From NCBI GenBank assembly GCA_041629335.1, contig JBFKNN010000001.1, positions 30,808 to 94,807 on the forward strand: a stretch of DNA of 64,000 nucleotides, in the 5' to 3' direction. Positions within the stretch are counted from its first letter, which is position 1. The number at the start of each line of letters is the position of its first letter. This document shows positions 58,116 to 64,000 of the stretch, one piece after another. The notes below the pieces were generated by a model. It ran no database searches. It worked only from the letters and a program-made list of their open reading frames with translations, and was not told where the DNA came from. The stretch is from Burkholderiales bacterium. Lineage in GTDB: Bacteria; Pseudomonadota; Gammaproteobacteria; Burkholderiales; SG8-41. A program made the position numbers and the translations under genes.

Positions 58116-60007
58116 GCGCTCTTCTTCTGCGCGGAAAATCCTCTCTTGACGTGCACCAGCAGCACCGATACCGCCGCAGGCGTGACACCCGAGATGCGGG
58201 CTGCCTGCCCGATGGTCTCCGGACGGTGGCGGTTCAGCTTCTGCTGCACTTCGACCGACAGGCCGCGCACCGCGGTGTAGTCGATGTCCACCGGCAAGCG
58301 CGTGGTCTCGTATTGCACCTGCCGCGCGATCTCGTCGCGCTGGCGCGCGATATAACCGTGGTACTTGGCCTGGATCTCGACCTGCTCCGCGACCTGGCTG
58401 TCGGGGACCGCCGGCCCTGCGCCGGGCAGGCTCGTCAACGCGGCGTAGCTCACATCCGGCCGCCGCAGCAGATCGGCAAGCGTGTAATCGCGCTCGAGCG
58501 GCTGGCCCAGCACCCGCTCGGCTTCGACCGCCGGAATGACCCGCGGATTGACCCAGGTTGCTTTCAGGCGCTCCTGCTCGCGCGCGATCGCTTCCTGCTT
58601 GCGGCTGAACGTTTCCCAACGCCGGTCGTCCACTACGCCCAGCTTGCGACCGGCCTCGGTAAGCCGGAGGTCTGCGTTGTCCTCGCGCAGGGACAGCCGG
58701 TACTCGGCGCGGCTGGTGAACATCCGGTACGGCTCGGACACCCCGCGGGTGATGAGGTCGTCGACCAGCACGCCCAGGTAGGCTTCCGCGCGGCGCGGGC
58801 ACCATGCCTCGCGATCTGTGGCGTGGCGCGCGGCGTTAATGCCGGCGAGCAGGCCTTGCGCGGCCGCTTCTTCATAGCCCGTCGTGCCGTTGATCTGCCC
58901 GGCGAAAAACAGCCCCGCGATCGACTTGGTTTCGAGCGAGCGCTTCAGGTTGCGAGGATCGAAATAGTCGTATTCGATCGCGTAGCCGGGCCGGGTAATG
59001 AAAGCGCGCTCCAGGCCCCGGATCGAGCGCACGAGCTCGAGCTGAACGTCGATCGGCAGGCTCGTCGATATGCCATTGGGATAATACTCGTTGACTGTGA
59101 GCCCTTCCGGTTCGAGAAAGATCTGATGCGCGGCCTTCGCGGCGAAGCGGTGAATCTTGTCCTCGATCGATGGGCAGTAGCGCGGGCCGACGCCCTCGAT
59201 CACGCCGGTGTACATCGGCGACCGGTCGAGCCCCGCGCGGATGATGTCGTGGGTGCGCTGGTTGGTATGGGTGATCCAGCACGGCAGCTGCGGCGGATGC
59301 TGCTCGCGGCAGCCCAGGAATGAAAAGACCGGCAACGGCTCGTCGCCCGGCTGCTCGGTCATGACCGAAAAATCGATGCTGCGGCCGTCGATGCGCGGCG
59401 GCGTGCCGGTCTTAAGACGCCCCACCGGCAGCTGCAGCACGCGCAGGCGTTGCGCGAGCGTCGCCGCCGGCGGATCGCCCGCGCGGCCGGCCTGGTAATT
59501 CTGCAGCCCGACGTGGATCAGCCCGGAGAGGAACGTCCCGGTCGTCAGAATCACCGCTCGCGCGGAGAACCGAAGGCCGATTTGCGTGACCACGCCCGTC
59601 ACGCGATCGCCCTCGAGCGTCAGGTCGTCCACCGCCTGCTGGAAAATACGCAGGCTGGGCTGATTTTCCAGGCGACCGCGAATGGCTTTCCGGTAAAGCA
59701 CGCGATCAGCCTGGGCGCGCGTTGCGCGGACCGCGGGGCCTTTACGCGAATTGAGGATGCGAAACTGGATTCCCGCTTCGTCGGCAGCGGCCGCCATGGC
59801 CCCGCCCAGCGCGTCGATCTCTTTGACCAGGTGCCCCTTGCCGATACCGCCGACCGACGGATTGCACGACATCTGCCCCAGCGTCTCGATGCTATGGGTC
59901 AAAAGCAGGGTCGCACAGCCCATGCGCGCGCTCGCGAGCGCCGCCTCGGTGCCTGCATGGCCTCCACCGACCACGATAACATCAAATTTTTCAGGATGTT
60001 GCGTCAT
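58112..60007 (-). CDS. mnmG: tRNA uridine 5-carboxymethylaminomethyl modification enzyme MnmG (GidA)
   Basis: The ORF starts at GTG 60013; ATG 60007 preferred ([23 protein letters not shown]). Confidence 0.95.
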   Translation of the reverse strand: MTQHPEKFDVIVVGGGHAGTEAALASARMGCATLLLTHSIETLGQMSCNPSVGGIGKGHLVKEIDALGGAMAAAADEAGIQFRILNSRKGPAVRATRAQADRVLYRKAIRGRLENQPSLRIFQQAVDDLTLEGDRVTGVVTQIGLRFSARAVILTTGTFLSGLIHVGLQNYQAGRAGDPPAATLAQRLRVLQLPVGRLKTGTPPRIDGRSIDFSVMTEQPGDEPLPVFSFLGCREQHPPQLPCWITHTNQRTHDIIRAGLDRSPMYTGVIEGVGPRYCPSIEDKIHRFAAKAAHQIFLEPEGLTVNEYYPNGISTSLPIDVQLELVRSIRGLERAFITRPGYAIEYDYFDPRNLKRSLETKSIAGLFFAGQINGTTGYEEAAAQGLLAGINAARHATDREAWCPRRAEAYLGVLVDDLITRGVSEPYRMFTSRAEYRLSLREDNADLRLTEAGRKLGVVDDRRWETFSRKQEAIAREQERLKATWVNPRVIPAVEAERVLGQPLERDYTLADLLRRPDVSYAALTSLPGAGPAVPDSQVAEQVEIQAKYHGYIARQRDEIARQVQYETTRLPVDIDYTAVRGLSVEVQQKLNRHRPETIGQAARISGVTPAAVSVLLVHVKRGFSAQKKSA

Positions 60008-60044
60008 TTGCACGCGCGCCTAAGTCGAGGGCCGCATCATATCC

Positions 60045-60053
60045 TAATCCACA
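60045..60053 (+). promoter_or_regulatory. DnaA-box-like 9-mer TAATCCACA (8/9 to TTATCCACA)
   Basis: Read directly; 38 bp upstream of the mnmG ATG. Confidence 0.35.
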
Positions 60054-60087
60054 GCAAAAATGAACAGGGGCAGACTGCGGTGGGCGG

Positions 60088-60103
60088 TGTTCCACGTGGA
60101 ACG
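60088..60103. other. parS centromere-like site TGTTCCACGTGGAACG
   Basis: 14/16 to the parS consensus TGTTNCACGTGAAACA. The core GTTCCACGTGGAAC is a perfect 14-bp palindrome. About 3.4 kb from parB. Confidence 0.8.
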
Positions 60104-60168
60104 TGGTTTTGCGGCGGCGCAGCATTCTTCCGTGCCGCTGGTTGCGGCAACGCGCTCCGCCGGACCGG

Positions 60169-60177
60169 TGTGGATAC
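60169..60177 (-). promoter_or_regulatory. DnaA-box-like 9-mer (TGTGGATAC on +; GTATCCACA on -, 8/9)
   Basis: Read directly. Confidence 0.35.
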
Positions 60178-60183
60178 GGCCGA

Positions 60184-60199
60184 GGTTCCACGTGAAACG
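60184..60199. other. parS centromere-like site GGTTCCACGTGAAACG
   Basis: 14/16 to TGTTNCACGTGAAACA; lies 5 bp beyond the mnmE stop codon. Confidence 0.75.
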
Positions 60200-60204
60200 T
60201 CCGG

Positions 60205-61545
60205 CTACTTTCCGATGCAAAAGCGAGAGAAGATCTCGCCCAGCAGGTCGTCAGCAGTGAACTCGCCCGTGATGGTCGACAGCCGCTCTTGGGCCAAACG
60301 AAGTTCTTCGGCCAGCAATTCCAGCTGCCGGCCCAGTTGAGCTGCCGCCTCCAGATGCCCCCGCGCCGCCGCGAGCGCCTGCAGGTGGCGCTCGCGGGCC
60401 AGGAAAACGCCCTCGCCGCCCATCCGCCAGCCTACGGCGTCGAGCAGGGCCTGCTGCAGCGCCTCCACACCCTCCCCGGTCTTGGCGGACAACCAAACCA
60501 CGGTCGTCCCGTTTTCGGATTCCACGGCTGCTCCGCGCGGCAGCAGGTCGATCTTGTTCATCACGCGCAGCCGCGGCAGCCGCTGGGGCAGCCGGGCGAG
60601 GATTTGCCGGTCGGCGTCGCTTTCCCCTGCCGTGCTGTCGACCAGCAGCACCACCAGATCCGCCCCTTCGATCGCGGTCCAAGTGCGTGCAATGCCGATG
60701 CTTTCTACCGGGTCATCCGAGTCGCGCAACCCCGCCGTGTCAATGATGTGCGCGGGCACCCCGCCCACGTCGATCGTTTCCCGGATAGCATCCCGCGTCG
60801 TGCCTGGAATTTCAGTCACGATCGCCAAGTCCGCGCCGGCCATGCGGTTGAGCAGGCTTGATTTTCCGACGTTGGGCTGGCCGGCAAGCACGATGCGTAT
60901 GCCCTCGCGCAACAAGCTGCCCTGTCGCGACGCTGTCAGCACCGTGTCCAGTTTTTGCTGCACCTCCGACAGCTTGCGCTCCGCTTCCGGTTGCTGGAGA
61001 AAATCCAGCTCCTCCTCCGGGAAATCCAGTGTCGCCTCGACCCACATGCGCAGCTCCGTCAGGGCCGCGACCAACTCACGAACCCGCTCGGAAAACGCTC
61101 CCTCAAGCGACCGGACGGCGCACCGCGCCGCTTCCGCAGTGCTCGCATCGATTAGGTCCGCGACGCTTTCGGCCTGCGCCAGATCCAGCTTGTCGTTCAG
61201 GAATGCCCGTTTCGTAAACTCGCCAGGCTCGGCCACGCGCGCACCGAGGTCCAGGCATCGCTTCAGCAGCAGATGCATGACCATGGGGCCCCCATGGCCC
61301 TGGATCTCGAGCACGTCCTCGCCGGTGTAGGAACTGGGAGCGGGAAAAAAGAGCGCGATCCCCTCGTCGATGGCAGCGCCATCGCTGTCGAGAAATTTCG
61401 CGCGGACCGCCTGGCGCGGCGGCAGGCGGCGTCCGATGATCGCTTCGCCGATCGCGCCCAGGGACGGCCCCGAGATGCGCACGATGCCGATGCCGCCCCG
61501 ACCGGGCGCGGTGCCTATCGCGGCGATGATGTCTTGGATTCCCAT
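60205..61545 (-). CDS. mnmE: tRNA modification GTPase MnmE (TrmE)
   Basis: 446 aa; G1 [13 protein letters not shown]-terminal CIGK. Confidence 0.95.
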   Translation of the reverse strand: MGIQDIIAAIGTAPGRGGIGIVRISGPSLGAIGEAIIGRRLPPRQAVRAKFLDSDGAAIDEGIALFFPAPSSYTGEDVLEIQGHGGPMVMHLLLKRCLDLGARVAEPGEFTKRAFLNDKLDLAQAESVADLIDASTAEAARCAVRSLEGAFSERVRELVAALTELRMWVEATLDFPEEELDFLQQPEAERKLSEVQQKLDTVLTASRQGSLLREGIRIVLAGQPNVGKSSLLNRMAGADLAIVTEIPGTTRDAIRETIDVGGVPAHIIDTAGLRDSDDPVESIGIARTWTAIEGADLVVLLVDSTAGESDADRQILARLPQRLPRLRVMNKIDLLPRGAAVESENGTTVVWLSAKTGEGVEALQQALLDAVGWRMGGEGVFLARERHLQALAAARGHLEAAAQLGRQLELLAEELRLAQERLSTITGEFTADDLLGEIFSRFCIGK

Positions 61546-61586
61546 CGGCGGCGAGTATAGCCGCTCGCGCTACCTCTCGCAGACGG

Positions 61587-63263
61587 TTACTTGCGCTTTT
61601 GCGCAGCCGCCTGTTCGAGCTTGCGCGTGATATGCCACTGCTGGGCGATAGAAAGAATATTGTTGATCAGCCAGTACAGCACCAAGCCGGCCGGGAAGAA
61701 GAAGAAGAAGATGCTGAACGCGATCGGCATGATCTTCATGATCTTGGCCTGCACCGGATCGGGCGGCTCCGGATTGAGCTTGGTCTGAATGATCATCGTG
61801 ATCCCCATCAGGATCGGCAGGATGTACCACGGATCGGGGGTTGCAAGGTCATCGATCCACAGCATGAACGGCGCGTGCCGCAGCTCGACGCTGGCCAGCA
61901 GGACCCAATAAAGAGCAATAAAAACAGGTATTTGCACCAATATTGGGAGGCAGCCCCCGAGCGGGTTTATCTGCTCGGTCTTGTACAGCTCCATCATCGC
62001 TTGCTGCATACGCTGCCGGTCGTTGCCGTATTGCTCTTTGAGCCGCTGCATCTTCGGCGCAAGCACCCGCATCTTGGCCATCGACCGGTAGCTCGCCTCG
62101 GACAACGGGTAGAAGATGAGCTTGATGACGATAGTGAGCAGAATGATCGCCACGCCCCAGTTCGCCGTCCAGTCGTAGAACACGGCGAGCAGCCAGAACA
62201 ACGGCACTGCGATAACGGTGAGCCAGCCATAATCGACGACAAGGTCGAGGCCCGGCGCAAGCGCGCTAAGCTTGTCCGGCTCCTGCGGGCCGGCGTAAAG
62301 CGGCACCTCGAGCACGCCGCTATGCCCCGGATCGATCCCGCCCGCTGGAACGATCACGCCGGCTGCGTACAGCCCTCCTTCCAGCTGGCGCGTGTAAAAC
62401 TCGCGCGCGATGCCCTGCTTCGGCAGCCACGCGCTGAAGAAGTAATGCTGAACGATTGCGACCCACCCATCGTTGGTGTTCTTGGGATACGGCGTCTTAC
62501 CCTTCTCGATGTCGCTCCACTGGACCTTCTGGAACTTGTCCTTCTCCGTGTAGACCGCGACCCCGGTGAAGGTCGGCAGCATCGCCGAATCGCCTGCCGG
62601 CGCCTTGTTGTCACGCACCAGCTGAAAATATCCAAACGGCTCGATCCGGGTCCGGCTGTTGTTGACGATCTCATAGCGCACGTCGATCAAATAGCTGCCG
62701 CGCTCAAAGCGCAGGACCCTTACCACTTTAACGCCATCCGCTTCCGGCGCCTCCAGCCGCAGCTCCAGGCTCGACGCGCCGTCTGCCAGGCGGAGCTCTG
62801 CCGCCGGAGCGGCATAGCGCGTGCGATGGTTCGGCATCCCTGGTCCGATCAGCCCCGACTGCGCCACGTAGACGTGATCGGCCCGGCTCTGGAACAGCGC
62901 GAACCGTTTGTCCTTGTCTGCCTGATCCCGATGCCGCTTGAACTCAAGGCTTCTCAGGTCGCCGCCGACAACACTTATCTCCGCGCGCAAGGTGTCGGTT
63001 TCTACCTTGACCACTTCGCTCTGCGGTAGCCCGGCAGCCGCCTCGGGTGCCTTTGGCGCCACACTGGCGGTGAGCTTCTCGCTCGGCGTCGGCACGGCTA
63101 CCTGCTCCTCCGGCTTCGGCGCGGCCGCCGGTGCCGGGACCCCACCCGGTGCGGTCGCGGCGGGCCGCGGGGCCGGCGGCTGCTGGTCGCGCTGCCACGC
63201 GTCGAGCAGCATGAACACCGAGAAGGTGAACACGAAGAACAGGATCAGCCGTTGGGAATCCAT
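61587..63263 (-). CDS. yidC: Membrane protein insertase YidC
   Basis: 558 aa; N-terminal TM, large periplasmic domain, conserved C-terminal TM bundle (GGCLPILVQIPVFIALY). Confidence 0.95.
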   Translation of the reverse strand: MDSQRLILFFVFTFSVFMLLDAWQRDQQPPAPRPAATAPGGVPAPAAAPKPEEQVAVPTPSEKLTASVAPKAPEAAAGLPQSEVVKVETDTLRAEISVVGGDLRSLEFKRHRDQADKDKRFALFQSRADHVYVAQSGLIGPGMPNHRTRYAAPAAELRLADGASSLELRLEAPEADGVKVVRVLRFERGSYLIDVRYEIVNNSRTRIEPFGYFQLVRDNKAPAGDSAMLPTFTGVAVYTEKDKFQKVQWSDIEKGKTPYPKNTNDGWVAIVQHYFFSAWLPKQGIAREFYTRQLEGGLYAAGVIVPAGGIDPGHSGVLEVPLYAGPQEPDKLSALAPGLDLVVDYGWLTVIAVPLFWLLAVFYDWTANWGVAIILLTIVIKLIFYPLSEASYRSMAKMRVLAPKMQRLKEQYGNDRQRMQQAMMELYKTEQINPLGGCLPILVQIPVFIALYWVLLASVELRHAPFMLWIDDLATPDPWYILPILMGITMIIQTKLNPEPPDPVQAKIMKIMPIAFSIFFFFFPAGLVLYWLINNILSIAQQWHITRKLEQAAAQKRK

Positions 63264-63319
63264 AGGAAGTATCGGCGCTCAAGCTGGCGCACGGTGCGCC
63301 GCGAACGCGGCTTCTTGCC

Positions 63320-63637
63320 TCATTTGCAGAGCGTGGTGAAAAGATCCTTCACTTCAGCCCAGGTCACCGCTCGCGCCCGCGAGCCCAGGGAACGGAACTG
63401 CACGATGATATCCAGCGCCGGGAGCGCGCCGCGGGCGGCACGGAAAGCTTCCCGCACCAACCGCTTGCTCCGATTGCGGTCCACGGCGCGCGGCATCGCC
63501 TTTCTGCTGGCGATGATCCCAAGCCTCGCGTACTCGAGGCCGTTTGGCCGGATACGCACGACGACCGGCCGGCGCCGCAGAACGTCGCCGCCCGCCAGCA
63601 CCGCCTCAAACTGCTCGGGCCGCAGCAGGCGCTCCAA
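63320..63637 (-). CDS. rnpA: RNase P protein component
   Basis: 105 aa from TTG. LLRPEQFEAVL..., KAMPRAVDRNRSKRLVREAFR (RNR motif). rpmH-rnpA synteny; start uncertain. Confidence 0.85.
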   Translation of the reverse strand: MERLLRPEQFEAVLAGGDVLRRRPVVVRIRPNGLEYARLGIIASRKAMPRAVDRNRSKRLVREAFRAARGALPALDIIVQFRSLGSRARAVTWAEVKDLFTTLCK

Positions 63638-63679
63638 TCGGGCACAGCGCGCCAGGGGAAAGGCACCTTTAAATCGACC

Positions 63680-63814
63680 TCAAACGGCCAGTCGTGCCCG
63701 CCCTTTGGCGCGCCGGGCGCGGATCACCTTGCGACCGCCGAGAGTCTTCTTGCGCGCGCGATACCCGTGAGTCCGCTTGCGGCGTGTCTTCGATGGCTGG
63801 TAGGTTCGCTTCAT
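63680..63814 (-). CDS. rpmH: 50S ribosomal protein L34
   Basis: Not in ORF track (44 aa). My translation from ATG 63814: [44 protein letters not shown], stop at 63680-63682. Confidence 0.95.
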   Translation of the reverse strand: MKRTYQPSKTRRKRTHGYRARKKTLGGRKVIRARRAKGRARLAV

Positions 63815-63848
63815 GTTCGCTCAGTTATGTTGGGCTGAAAAACCTATT

Positions 63849-63879
63849 ATTACAACCCGTTTCGGCAAGTGCTGTCAAC
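63849..63879 (-). promoter_or_regulatory. Candidate sigma70 promoter for rpmH-rnpA
   Basis: Minus strand has a perfect -35 TTGACA (63879-63874) and TGTAAT (63854-63849). The spacer is 19 nt by my count, longer than optimal, so this is tentative. Confidence 0.35.
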
Positions 63880-63922
63880 GAATCTCCGCGTCGCGGCAAC
63901 ACGGTAAGCCGCTGGCCGGGCT

Positions 63923-63931
63923 TGTGGATAA
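63923..63931 (-). promoter_or_regulatory. DnaA box (TGTGGATAA on + = perfect TTATCCACA on -)
   Basis: Read directly; in the rpmH-upstream spacer where the dnaA promoter/oriC is usually located. Confidence 0.6.
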
Positions 63932-64000
63932 CTTTTCGCAAAACGGCTAAACTTCTCAATTGCTCAGCATCACTCACACGCCAGCTTCTCATAACAACAC

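Noticed and set aside
63264-63319. Apparent absence of yidD between rnpA and yidC.
   Set aside because: The gap is only 56 bp, and no overlapping frame shows the YidD Cys motif. Absence from this locus does not show absence from the genome, so it is not a reportable anomaly on window evidence alone.

Overview
The window is GC-rich and almost gap-free. It holds about 58 housekeeping genes in the order expected beside the chromosomal replication origin of a proteobacterium. The best fit is Betaproteobacteria-like synteny (aroK-aroB-dgt-gltBD, argS-SPOR-dsbA-SDR, atp-glmUS); no taxon can be named from sequence alone.

Gene order, left to right:
- fis (partial)-dusB, ubiH-pepP, murU-amgK
- lptD-surA-pdxA-rsmA, gloA, rubredoxin
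- thiD-thiE-hemL, cytochrome c4, engB, hemB
- an uncharacterised gene coupled to mrcA (PBP1A)
- pilMNOPQ, aroK-aroB-dgt, gltBD, hemE
- priA, argS, a SPOR protein, two dsbA paralogues, an SDR
- glmS-glmU-glpD, atpIBEFHAGDC, parAB, rsmG, mnmG, mnmE, yidC, rnpA, rpmH

The right edge lies in the rpmH-upstream spacer, where dnaA is expected next. Many gene junctions are ATGA-type stop/start overlaps: dusB/fis, thiE/hemL, pilM/N, pilP/Q, mnmG/rsmG and rsmG/parA.

I saw no tRNA, rRNA, CRISPR array, transposase, integrase, phage gene or defence-type gene. I do not find an accessory island or a convincing novel multi-gene system. This looks like an ordinary core region.

The items worth a second look are non-coding:
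1. Three exact DnaA boxes plus AT-rich repeats between hemE and priA.
2. Two parS sites with DnaA-like boxes between mnmE and mnmG.
3. A five-hairpin spacer between engB and hemB with orphan minus-strand terminators, a candidate small RNA.
4. Tandem heptamer arrays directly upstream of the glmS and atpC start codons.

One coding oddity is a PBP1A-coupled nucleotidyltransferase-fold protein with a degenerate catalytic motif.

All calls come from reading the ORF track and the sequence by eye. No searches or computations were run. Start codons are best guesses.
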